DNA of 64,000 nucleotides from Squalus acanthias. Taxonomy: Eukaryota. Below, in pieces: positions 9,745 through 21,824 of this stretch. The translations under genes were made by a program, and so were the position numbers. The DNA lies in the NCBI GenBank assembly GCA_030390025.1, contig CM059431.1, positions 148,430,001-148,494,000 of the forward strand, written 5' to 3'. The notes under the pieces are model-generated. The model saw only the letters and a program-made list of their open reading frames with translations, did no database searches and was not told the origin of the DNA. How positions within the stretch are numbered: position 1 is the first letter of the stretch; each line of letters starts with the position of its first letter.

Positions 9745-11770
9745 CACAGTGAGTAGTGCGAGGTATATCAGTATTACAGTGAGTAGTGTGGGGTGGAACA
9801 GTCCAGAATGTGACATGTATCAGACGGTTACAGTGAGTGGTGTGGGTACATAAGATTATAAAAGTGAGGGGAGTGGGGTATTACAGTGTGTGTTACAATG
9901 AGTGGCGTGGGGTATATCAGAGTGTTACCGTGAGGGGTGTTGTGTATATCAGTATTACAGTGACTGGTGTGGGGTGTAACTGTCCAGAATGTAGCATTTA
10001 TCAGAGTGTTACAATGAGGGGTGTGGGGTATATCAGACTGTTAGAGTGAGGGGTTTGGGGTATATCAGAGGGTTACCCTGAGGGGTGTGGTGCCTATTTG
10101 ACTGTTAAAGTGAGGAGCGTGGGGTATATCAGAGTGTTACAATGAGGTGTGTGGGGTATATCAGAGAGTGTTAGAGTGAAGGGCGCCGGTATATCAGATT
10201 GATACAGTGAGCATTGTGCGAGAGTTCAGAGTGTTACCATGAGCGGTGTGTGGTATATCAGAGTGTTACAGCGAATGGTGTTGGATATCTCAGAGTATTA
10301 CTGCGTTGTGGGGTATATCAGAGACTTACAGCTAGTGGTGTGGGGTATATCACAGTGGTAAATTGAGGGGTGTGTGGTATATCAGAGTTTTACAGTGAGG
10401 AGTGTGGGGTGCTTCAGAATGTTACAGTGTGGGTTGTGGAGTATATCAGAGTGTGTCACAGTGAGGGTGGTGAAGTGTATCAGAGTGTGTTACAGCGAGT
10501 GGTGTGGGGAGTAACAGCCAGTGTGTGGCATATATCAGAGTGTTAGAGTGAGTGGTGTGGGGTATATCAAAGTGTTATAGTGAGGGGTGTGGGGTATATC
10601 AAATTGTTACAGTGATGTGTCTGGCGAATACGAGTGTGTTACAGTGAGGGGTATGGGTATATAAGTGTGTTACACTGAGAGGTCTGGGTCATAACAGAGT
10701 GTTACTGTGAGGGGTGTGGGTAATATTAGAGTTTTACAGTGAGGGTGGTGTAGTATATAAGAGAGATAGAGTGAGAAGTGTGGGTATATCAGATGTCGGC
10801 AGTGAGTGGTGTGGGTAACATCGGTATTACAGTAATGGGTGTGGTGTATGTAAGAATATTACAGCGAGGGATGTTGGATAAACCAGAGTGGTACAGTCAG
10901 GGAGTGTTGGTTATTTTAATGTTACAGTGAGGGTGTGAGTTATATCAGAACGTTACATTGATGGATGTGAAGTATATCATAGTAAGTTACAGTGTGGGGT
11001 ATATAAGAGTGTTACATTGAGTGGTGTGGGGTGTATTACAGTGTTACAGTGAGGGGTGTGGGATATATCTGAATGTTACAGTGAAGGGTGTGGAACATAT
11101 CAAACTGTCTTGTAGTGATGGAGTGGTGTTTATCAGAGTGTGACAGTGAGGGTGCCGGACTGTATCAGAGTGATGCGAGGCATATCAATACTACAGTTAG
11201 GGGTAAATGGTATATCAAAGGATTACAGTGAGAGGTCTGTGGTATATCATTTTTAGAGTGAGGGGTGTGTGGTATATCAGAGTGCGATAGTGAGTGATGT
11301 GGGGTATATTAGAGCGTTACAGTGAGAGGTTTGGGGTATATCAGAATGTTACAGTGAGGGGTGTGGGGTATATCAGATTGTTACAGTGAGAGGTGTAGGG
11401 TATATCAGAGCTTTACAGTGAGGGGTGTGGGGTATATCAGAGTGTTAAATTTTGGGGTGTGGGTTATATCAGAGTGTTATAGTGATTGTTGTAGCGGATA
11501 TCAGTGTTACAGCAGGAGTTGAGGTCCACAACTGAAATTTATTGTGCAGCGGGGGTCTATCAGGGCGTTGCACTGAGAGGTTTGGGGTATATCAGTGTGT
11601 TACATTAATGGGGTGTGGTATATCAGAGTTTTACAATGAAGAGTGTGGGGAATTGCAGTGTGGTACAGTGAATGTTTAGGGCATATCAAATTGTTACAAT
11701 GAGTGTTGTGGGGTATATTTGAGTGTTACATTGAGGGGTGTGGTGTATATCAGAATACTATACCGAGTGG
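9745..11770. repeat. ~30-bp minisatellite
   Basis: Unit approx. GGGGTATATCAGAGTGTTACAGTGAGGGGTGT, roughly 60 diverged copies. Confidence 0.92.
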
Positions 11771-11774
11771 TGTG

Positions 11775-12040
11775 TCCCGGAATCGCAAGGCGATCTCGGT
11801 GCCAGGCATCGCGAGTGGATCTCGGGGCCAGAGACCAGAGGCGAGCTCGGGGCCAGGAACCGCGAGGCGAGCTCGACGCGAGTAATGGTGAGTGGAGCTT
11901 GGGGCCAGGGATCAGGAGGCGAGCTCGGGGCCAGGAATCGCGACGCGAGTTCGGGGCAAGAGACCAGAGGCAAGCTCGGGGCCAGGAACCGCGAGGCGAG
12001 CTCGGAGCCAGGAACGGCGAGTGGGGCTCGGGGACAGGAA
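11775..12040. repeat. CpG-rich ~24-bp tandem repeat, probably the 5' end of the adjacent RTE element
   Basis: GAGGCGAGCTCGGGGCCAGGAACC repeated about 10 times. Confidence 0.75.
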
Positions 12041-15000
12041 TACTAATACAAATACAGGCACAAATACAAAAAACTGATGGGGCTCCACTAAGCTCCCCCG
12101 GGCTAAACTTCACCAGAATATCAGTGCTAATTTGATCTTGTGAGACGCAACATCATTCATGTCCGAGGCCGGGACACAGAAGCCAGCACGAGCGCAGCAG
12201 CGAGGTCAAGTCACAAGAGTTGCGCAGCGTGGAACAGCAGTGGGGTCGGGGCCCAGGGAAGTTGCGGCAACGGGCCAACAGCGAGTTCGGGAGTACGACA
12301 ATGCATGCTACGAAATCCAGGCAGAGAGGACCTGTGGGAAGCAGGGAGGAGGATTGTAGGAGTATGTTTGTGTGTGTGTGCTTGGCCGATGGTGCAGAGC
12401 ATTGTCTGCAATCGTCTTGTATCCCCTTGCCATTGGTCCAAGACATTGCTCTGTTAAGCTCGTGTGGTAGCTGGTGTGCAACGGCCAGCCCACGTTCAAA
12501 GAATTCACGCGCAGGCACTTCCATCCTTTAAAATGAAGTTCAGGACCTGGAACTTAAGGACCCTCATGGACAACACGGGGAGCTCAGAAGTTTCGACAAT
12601 GACATCGTCGCACTAAGTGAGACCCGGCGGGCAGGGGAAGGCCAGCTCAAGGAGCAAGGCGTTGGCTACACCTTCTTCTTGAAAGACAAACCTGAAGACG
12701 GATGCCACCACCATGGGATAGGCTTCACCATAAAAAATGAACGAGCTGGGCTTGTCAGAGACACCCCTTGCGGTATTAATGAGTGCCTCATGTCTCTTCA
12801 GCTCAACCTAGCCCGGAACCAGTGCGCTCCGGACATCAGTGCTTGCGCCACAACACTGGAAGCCACAGACGAGCCAAAGAGGAATTCTGCTCCAGCCTGA
12901 AAAAATCCCTGTCCCGAGTCCCAACAGGCGAAAAGCAAATCCTCCTTGGCGACTTTAACGCCAGAGTTGGAAAGGACATCGTCCTCTCGGGAGGTGTGAT
13001 CAGCAGAGAGCGGGTAGGGAATGCCTCCTCCTGAAAAAATGATTAGAACATGGCTTTGTCATAACCAACAACTTGTTCCCTCAGAGAGAATAGTGCAAAG
13101 CTTCATGGCAGCAACCTCGCTCCAAGCATTGGCATCTGCTGGACTACGTCAACGTCCGAGCGAGCGACTGCAAGTATGTCCGCATCACCTGCGCCATGAT
13201 AGGAACTCAAGCTTGCTGGACAGACCACCACCTAATCCGCTCTGTCAACTCCAACAACGTAGAGCCAAAACAACGGCTGCAACAGAAGCAATGCCATAGG
13301 AAAATCAAATCTGGAGCACTCTAAGACCCCGCTAAGAGATCCTTATTCTGACTGTGCCTCACAAACAATCTGATGACTCCCAGTGATGCAGAGACAAAGA
13401 GTGTCCACAGCGCCTGGGCTGCACTCAAGGCCTCCATAATCAACACCTGTTAAGAGACTCTACTCGCTCGACCAGTAAACACAAAGACTGTTAGGACGAG
13501 GACGAACAGGAGATCCAGGAGCTGATAAGCTGCAAGTGCAAGGCATTCGTGAACTGGAAGCAGCAGCACAACTCGAGAGCAATAAAGCAGCTCTACAAAC
13601 GTCTGAATGGGGAGGTCCAACAAAAAACTCACGACCTAAAGAACAAATGGTGGGTGGAGAAAGCGCAGGAGATCCAGCAGCTAGCCGACAACCACGACAT
13701 GCGTGGATTTAAGCGCAGTCAAGAGCACCGACGGCCCAAGTACCCAAGGTCCTACCCCACTGCGGGCCAAGAACGGAGAGATACTCATCAAGGACAGAGA
13801 CGCAGTCAGTTTGTCAATGGAAGAAGCACTAAGAAGATCTTCTTAACCGAGATTCTGTCTTTGACGTGAGTGCCCTCAAATCCATCCCGCAGCATGCTAC
13901 CCGCCACCATCTCAGCACAACCGCATGAGATAGAACAGGCCATCCAACAACTGAAGAATAACAAGGCCTCAGGAGCAGATGGAATCCTCGTAGAGGTGCT
14001 AAAACATGTCTGAGAAGCACTATTGGCACGAATACGTGAACTCATTTCTCTTATTTGGAAGGAGGAGAGCATGCCAGGGGATCTCAGAGAAGCGGTAATC
14101 GTGACCATCTTCAAGAAAGCTGACAAGTACTATTGTGGTAATTACAGAGTTGTCTCCCTGATGTCTGCCACAAGTAAAGTCATCGCAAGAATCCTCCTCA
14201 ATCGCCTTCTCCCAGTGACTGAAGAGATCCACCCAGAGTCGCAATGCGGATTACGCACACTAAGGGGCAGAATGGACATGATCTTCACCGTGAGTCAACT
14301 ACAAGAGAAATGCAGGGAACAGAACCAACCCCTGTGCATGGCCTTCTTTGACCTCAAAAACGCCTTTGATATCGTCAACCGTGATGGATTATTGACAGTC
14401 CTCCTCACATTCGGCTGCCCTCAAATATTTATCACCAACCTCCGCCTGCTCCACGACGACATGCAAGCTGTGATCCTGAACAACGGATCCACCACAAACC
14501 AGATTCGAGTACGGCCCGGGGTCAAGCAAGGCTGTGCAACCAAACCAACGCTCTTCTAGATCTTCTTTGCTGCAATGCTCCATCTCAACCTCAGTAAAAT
14601 TCCCGCTGGAGTGGAGCTAATCTGCAGAACAAACGGAACACTGTTCAACCTCTGTCGTCTCCAGTCTGGATCCAAGGACGTCCCATCCACTTTAATTAAA
14701 TTACAGTATGCTGAGGCCGAAATCCAAACCAAAGTCAACACCTTAACCGAAGCATACGGGAGCATGGGCCTTACACTAATCATCCCTCAGACAAAGGTCC
14801 TCCTCCAACCTACCCCCGCCACACAGTACTGCTCCCTGAATATCAAAATTCATGACGTGGCCTTCGACAACCTGGACCACTTTCCATACCTCGGGACCCT
14901 ACTGTTAACAAGAACAGACGTCGATGAGGAAGTCCAACACCGACTTCCGTGTGCCAGTGCAGCCTTCGGTCGCCTGAGGAAAAGAGTGTTTGAAGACCAG

Positions 15001-15580
15001 GACCTCAAACCCGGCACTAAGGTCATGGTTTACAGAACCTGTCCTGTATGCTTCAGAGACATGGACCATGTACAGTAGGCACTTTAAATCATGGAGAGGT
15101 ACCACCAACGCTGCCTCTGCGTTGGCAGGATAGGAGCACCAGCGACAGTACTCTCGCTCAGGCTCCGATGGACGGGTCAGATCGTCCGCATGCTCGATAC
15201 GAGATTCCCAAATCTTGCGCTCTACTCGGAGCTCCGACATGGCAAAGAGTCCCAGGTGGGCAGAGGACACCCTTCAAGGAGACCCTCAAAGCCTCCATGA
15301 AAAAATGGAACATCCCCACCGACAGATGGGAATCCCTGGCCCAAGACCGCACAGAATGCAGGAGAAACATCCGGGAAGGCAGGAGCAAGCGGAAGCCAAG
15401 CGCACCCAGTAAAATGAGCGCACCTCAATCCAAGCACCCCAACCACCCGCCCCTTCAAGCACCGTCTGCCCAACCTGTGACAGAAACTGTAGGTTCCGCA
15501 TTGGACTCATCAGTCACCTGATAACTCATTTTTTAGTGTGGAAGCAAGTCAAACTCGATTTCGAGGGTCTACCTAAGAGA
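12041..15580 (+). mobile_element. RTE-clade (BovB-like) LINE, near full length, decayed
   Basis: ORF starts MKFRTWNLRTLMD at 12533; APE endonuclease motifs (ALSETR, LLGDFNARVG); RT motifs (PESQCG, AFFDLKNAFD, GVKQGC); C-terminal CPTCDRNCRFRIGLISHL; many stops and frameshifts. Confidence 0.92.
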
Positions 15581-15694
15581 TAATAGAGTCTAGCATTTTC
15601 CCTACTGCTGATAAAAGGCTAACTGATCTGTAGTTCCACGTTTTCTCTCTCCCTACTTTCTTAAATAGTGGGGTTACATTTCCTCACTCTCTCT

Positions 15695-16150
15695 CGGACC
15701 AAGGGGTCGATGGACAATGATCAGTATCAGGAAACCTGGCTAATTTCCCCTCTCACTAAACCAGGGGTCCCTGGACAGGGCTCAGGAGCAGGAACTCTGG
15801 CTCAACCCCATCCTTTCAAACCCAGGGCACACTGGAAACTGACCAGGAGCAGGAACACTGGCTCAGTCCCACCCTCCCAAACACAGGCGTCACTGGAAAG
15901 TGATCAGGAGCAAGAAGCCTGGCTGATTTCAGCTTTCAATAAACCAGGGCTCAGTGGACAGTGATCAGTTTCAGGAACCCTGGCTAATTTCGCCTCTCTA
16001 TCTAACAGTTGTCACTGGACTGTGATTCGGAGCAAGAACCCTGGCGGAATTCCACTCTCTATAAACCAGGGCTCACTGGACAATGAACAGGCGCAGGAAC
16101 CATGGCTTGTTTCACCTCTATCTAAACCAGAGCTCACTGGACAGTGATCA
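15695..16150. repeat. ~61-bp minisatellite
   Basis: Unit approx. AACCAGGGCTCACTGGACAGTGATCAGGAGCAGGAACCCTGGCTGATTTC..., about 7 copies. Confidence 0.85.
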
Positions 16151-16229
16151 GATGGGTTTTTATAACAATCCGGTAGTTCCATGGTAACCGTTACCGCTTC
16201 CAGCTTTTTATTCCAGATTTATATAATTA

Positions 16230-18180
16230 ACGGCGCGGCTCCGTGAGATGTTGTGATGAGAACGGAGCTACATCTCCCAGCATGCCCAGCGAGTTGGACT
16301 CCTCCACATAGTCCAGGAAGCCGGCTCCAGCGGCACTATTTAAAGGGATCCTCACCAATATCTCGCCCCTATCAGTGTTTTGCAGTTTGAGTGGCTGTGT
16401 GCTATTTCCTGCCACTGCAAGAGCTTTCTTTAGTTATTTCACGTTTATTTAGTAATAGGGAGTATTCTGGAAACTAAAAAACTCCCTCATTATTTTTGAG
16501 GCGCTTCAAACTATAACACCTGCTATAAGTAATGGGGACTGTACTGGCAGTCGACCTCGCCCTCCAGCAAAAACAGTGGAGGGAGCGGAGGCAGCGAGAA
16601 AGATGGGACCATGTGCGCAGAGGGAGGAAGAAGAGGGCCATCAACAGGAGGGCTTACCCTCCTCGGGTCTTCCGACATCAGTGCACCTACCTTAAATTAA
16701 GTAAGGAGCAGTGTATTCGGAGGCTTCGTTTCACCAAGGAGTTCATCACAGAACTCTGCCCCCCTCCTGAAACCAGAACACCATTATCAGTCCAGGGAAA
16801 CCGCAGCTCTCCCAGTGTCTGTCAAGGTCACCGTGGCCCTCAATTTCTTGGCCAGAGGATGCTTCCAGTGTGCAGCAGGAGAAGTAGCTAACATCGCACA
16901 GTTCGCCGTCCATCGCTGCATCCTGGATGTCACTGAGTCTCTCTAAAACAGGAGAAGGGACTAAATTGGCGACCTCATTACCAGAGAGAAGCGGTACGAG
17001 CTTGCCTGTGGCTTTGCCAGGATAGCGGGCTTCCCCAAGGTGAAGGGCACCATCGACTGCAGCCACGTGGCTTTGCGGGCACCGCATAACAAACCTGAGA
17101 ATTTCCGTAACTGCAAAGTGAGACCACACACCGTGAATCCTCTATGTCAATGCCCGCTATCCTGGCAGCAGCTATTTTTCCTTCATTCTGCGCAAGGCCG
17201 GTGTGGAAACACTCTTCCAGCCACGACGTCAAGCTCGAGCATGGCTGCTCGGAGACACGCGCTAGCCACTCTCCACCCGGCATATGACTCCCCTCATCAA
17301 CTCCAACATTCATACTAAGCACTCATATAATGGAAGACGTACTACCACTAGCAACATCATCGAGCAGACCATCGGTTTATTGAAGTAACGGTTCTGCTGC
17401 CTTGGCAGCTCGGGAGGAGCTCTCCAGTACTCCGCTGAGCGGGTGTCCCATTTCGAGGTTGTCTGCTACATGCTTCACAACTTGGTATTCTTGACGGCGC
17501 ATCCTTTGCCGGCAGGGATTGCGGAAACTCTGCAGGAGGAGAACGAGGAAGAAGACGAAAGGAGGACGAGGAGGAGATGGAAGTGGAGCAGGAGGGAGGG
17601 TGGAGGCAGTGAGAAAATTGGTCTTTTGGATGGGCCGTCCGTGATCAGCTCATCAGACTCCGATTCACATGAATGAAAGCCCAGATCCCCGTATTTCACC
17701 ACATCCCCTTTCTCATGGCGGATCACAGCGTCCTCCTGGGCGCAAGGGTGAAAAGATTGAAACCACAAAAGATTCCAACACAATTAATAAATGTATCCAT
17801 AAATATATCACAAATACTTACATAAACACTATTACATAAATACAATAATGAATCGCCCTTGCACAATCCCTTAGTGCCTGTCGTTCGTGTGCATTTTCCG
17901 ACTCTGGTGCTCCTACGCAGTGCTACCCCATGTGGCTGAAGCACGGCTGGTGGAAGGCTGCTGAGTTGCCATGCTGGAGACTTCAGATGGCATTGCAGGA
18001 CGACCTCGACCAGCTGTGGACCTACAAGGCCCGGCTGCAGACTGCACCACCTCGGTATGGGCGACGGAACTCTGGGCTGGCTGGCTGATGGGCAAGGGCA
18101 AGGGCAAGGGCGGATTTGCAGAGGTGGGAGCAGGATTGCACTCAGCCTGAGAGATGACAGCAGGTTCCTGCTCCACTGAC
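16230..18180 (+). mobile_element. PIF/Harbinger DNA transposon remnant: HARBI1-like DDE transposase pseudogene (16532-~17680) plus the convergent 3' end of a second gene
   Basis: RAYPPRVFR...CIRRLRFTKE, VKVTVALNF, AGFPKVKGTIDCSHV, NARYPGS, IEQTIGLLK*RF, CYMLHNL; frameshifted. A minus-strand ORF tail (...ALRRSTRVGK...) faces it. Confidence 0.88.
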
Positions 18181-18224
18181 CAACTCCTGTTCCAATTTCT
18201 TATGTTCTTAAGTTCATATAATAC

Positions 18225-20310
18225 AGAAGGAGGAGAAAAAAGTGAGAGAGCGAGAGTTAGAGAGGCATAGAGCGAGGAACAGAGAGAGAGAGATAGACAG
18301 AGAGGGACAGCGAGAGATATTATGGAAAGCGAGAGAGACAAAGAGAGAAACATCCAGTGAGAGACAGAGAAAGCGATACAAAAAGAGACAGAGAGAGCTA
18401 AAGGCAGAGTGAGAGTCAGAGAGGAGTGAGTGAGAGAGAGAGAGAGACAGACAAAGATAGATAGAGATATCGAGGGAGGGAATGAGGCAGACATGCAGAG
18501 AATGGGATAGTAGAAAGTGATGGAGAGAGACAGAGACTTGGAGACATTGACACAGAAAGACAGAGAAAAGCAAAGAGATAGACAGGACCAGAGACAAGGA
18601 GAGAGTGAGAGGGAGAGATAAAGGGAGATAGGGAGAGGAGAGATAGACCGAGAGAGTGATGAAGAGAGACTTTAAAAAGGAGCGACAGGTTGTGAGAGAC
18701 AGAGAAAGTGAATTTGAAGCAGAGGGGGTGCGATAGAGGGAGGCAGAGACATAAATAGAGAGACATATTGTGAGAGGGAAAGTCAGAGCACAGGAGAGAG
18801 AGATGGAGTGACAGTGTGAGTGACAGCGACAAAGTTGGAGAGAGAGAGAGAGAGAGAGAGACGGAGAGAGAGGCAAAGTAAATAGAGAGTTACAGAGAGA
18901 GGGGGTGAGAATTAGATGGATAGATGGACAGAGTGAGACACAGAGTGAGACAGAGTGAGACGCAGAGTGAGACACAGTTTGAGACACAAAGTGAGACACA
19001 GAGAGACATAAAGTGAGACACAAAGTGAGACACAGATTGAGATGCAGAGTGAGACACAGAGTGAGACACAGACTGAGACGCAGAGTGAGACACAGAGTGA
19101 GACACAGAGACCACAGAGTGAGACACAGAGTGAGACGCAGAACGAGACACAGAGTGAGACACAGAGAGACACAGAGTGAGACACAGAGTGAGACGCAGAG
19201 TGAGACACAGAGTGAGACACAGAGTGAGACACAGAGAGACACAGAGTGAGACAAAGATTTAGAAGCAGAGTGAGACACAGAGTGAGACGCAGAGTGAGAC
19301 GCAGAGTGAGAGGCAGAGAGAGACACAGAGTGAGACAGAGAGTGAGACACAGAGAGACACGGAGTGAGACACAGAGTGAGACATAGCGAGACACAGAGTG
19401 AGACACAGAGTGAGACACACAGAGATACAGAGTGAGACACAGAGTGACACCGAGTGAGACACAGAGTGACACACAGAGAGGAAGATAAGGGTAGAGAAAG
19501 AGCGAGAGATATAGAGACAGAGATAGAAGGGCAGAGAGAGAGAGACAGAGGAAGTGAAACAGATAGAGCTAGAGAGACAGAGGGGGGAAAGTGGGAAAGA
19601 CCGAGAGACCGAGAGAGAGAGACAGGAGGGAGTCTGAGCTACAGAGTCAGAAAGAGAGAGAGAGGGAAAGAGAGACAGACAGAAGAGGAATGCGAGAGAG
19701 AAGAGGAGAGACAGAGAGAATAGAAGACGATAGATATAGAGAGGGAGAGGGAAAGACCGGGATAGATTGAAAGAGACAAAGAGCGAGAGAGGGACAGCGG
19801 GATGCATAGAGACAGAGAGAGAAAGGGATATTGCAGGCAGAGAGAAACAGAGGCTGGGGAAAACGGAGAGAGAGAGACAAAAAATGAGAAAAGGGGAAGA
19901 GAGAGAGACACACACACAGAGTGATCAATTGAAAGGGGGAGACTGAGAGCCAGATAGAGATAGAGAGCGAGGGAGACACAGAGAGAGACGGAAAAGAGCA
20001 GAGAGAGCGTCGGGAAATGTGGAGAGAAACAGAGTGGATGACAGAAAACAACATTGAAAGATTGAGAGAAAGATCGTGAGAAAATGAGAGAAAGATAGAA
20101 AGAGCAACGCAGTGAGATAAGCAGGGACAGAGGGAGTGACTAAGTGACATTCAGAGAGGGAGAGGCAGATAGAAGGAGGGAGACAGAGGAGGAGAGGGAA
20201 AGAAGGACCTGGAGAGTGCGAGGCAGAGAGAGAGAGTGTGACAGAGATAATGGGGAGATCGATGATAGCAGACAAACACGGAGTGAGATGCAGATTATAG
20301 AAAGAGAGAG
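18225..20310. repeat. GA-rich low-complexity tract with a 12-bp core array (CACAGAGTGAGA)n at ~18927-19478
   Basis: Direct inspection. Confidence 0.95.
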
Positions 20311-20974
20311 ATTTGTTTCCCTCTTGGTTCTGTAAAATTACGTGTGATGTGAGCCCTTTGAGCTGTTAATGATCAATTGACATAATGTGCTTTATTACTG
20401 GGAGTGATCCCAGATTTTTTATCTTCAAAAATGGCAGAGAACTGAACTATTGCCAGCTACCAAAATCTACTTGTTGGAAGCACAGTAGATTTATTCCAGG
20501 AAGAAAGTGGATTAATTTAAATACACTGGGAAGACGGAAGCAGGAATTGATATCTCGACACTGATCTGACAGAAAGACTAGAGCAGAGCATCCCAGGGAG
20601 GGGCATCACTGAGAGTGTGGGGAGGCAGTGATCATTGGGAAATGCCCAGGCTCCATTCCCAGCCTGTGTTGAGTTAGCCTTATCTCACACCTGATGTGGT
20701 ACTGAGCTCCCCCAATACACACACACAGAGTAGGAGAGACCCAGGCTTCATCCCCGGCAATTGCTGAGTGAGCTTATCTCACACACGCTGCGGTACTGAG
20801 CTCCCACAATACACACACACAGAGCAGGAGAGGCCCAGGCTTCAGCCCCGGCAATTGCTGAGAAGCTGTTCTCACACCCGCTGTCTTACTGAGCCCCACA
20901 CACGCACACAAACACAGAATGGGACCTTTTACCGGGAGCTTTGCTCTACATCTCACAAATGCTGTATATGCCAT

Positions 20975-21375
20975 GAGCGACTTTGATGGGACAGTATAGA
21001 GTGAGTTTTACTCTGTATCTAACCCGTGATGTACCTGCCCTGGATGTGTTTGATGGGTCAGTGTAGAGTGACTTTTACTCTGTATCTAACCTGGGCTGTA
21101 GCTGACCTGGATGTGTGTCATGGGACAGTAGAGAGGGAGCTTAACTCTGTATCTAACCCGGGCTGTACCTGCGCTGGGAGTGTTAGATGGGAAAGTGCAG
21201 AGGGAGCTTTACTCTGTATCTAACCCGTGCTGTACCTGCCCTGGGAGTGTTTGATGGGACAGTGTAGAGGGAACTTTATTCTGTATCTAACCCCGTGCTG
21301 TACCTGCCCTGGGAGTGTTAGATGGGACAGTGTAGAGGGAGCTTTACTCTGTATCTAAACCCGTGCTATACCTTC
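20975..21375. repeat. ~61-bp minisatellite
   Basis: GGGAGTGTTTGATGGGACAGTGTAGAGGGAGCTTTACTCTGTATCTAACCCGTGCTGTACCTGCCCT, about 6 copies. Confidence 0.9.
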
Positions 21376-21824
21376 CAGTGTAGCAGTTTAAACTAAGATG
21401 ATTGTCATTCCCCAATCCTCACATTCCTGAGCATTTATCTGAGACAGTGTTTCTTTTGGTCATCCTGTTATTACAAAAATCCTTCTGTTCACCCTGTAAG
21501 GTTATGTTTCTCGCTGGGGTCCGGGTTCCTCGGGCAGTTCATTGATTGGTCACTGCTGAGTGTTGCAATTTAGACGGTTGAGGCGTCGCGGTCAGTGTCC
21601 ATCTTGATTTCCGCTTCTGGAAAAAAAAAGTAATCTCCGCCCCTGCCTGAGCTCATCTTCTGCTGGCCATCTTATCCTCGTCTTGGTTACCTCTAGACAC
21701 GATATCCTGAGAACAAATAGATCTAAATAATGTAATAGGAATACAATCAATTATTTTTAATTCACTGATAAAAACCTGCACTGCCTGTGATCAGAGCGGA
21801 GTGTCATGCTCCTCTAAACAAATT

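Noticed and set aside
9745..11770. Regularly spaced repeats as a CRISPR array (also 48090-49950 and 20975-21375)
   Set aside because: The units are contiguous with no unique spacers, there are no cas genes, and the context is vertebrate.
16532..17680. Domesticated HARBI1 gene
   Set aside because: Multiple frameshifts and stops plus the convergent partner ORF indicate a transposon fossil.
18214..20335. Long Ser/Leu- or Arg/Glu-rich ORFs (up to 408 aa)
   Set aside because: They are translations of GA/CT microsatellite with no coding signal.
21540..21680. Promoter-like cluster (CCAAT, GC box, YY1-like)
   Set aside because: The motifs are short with no associated first exon and could occur by chance.
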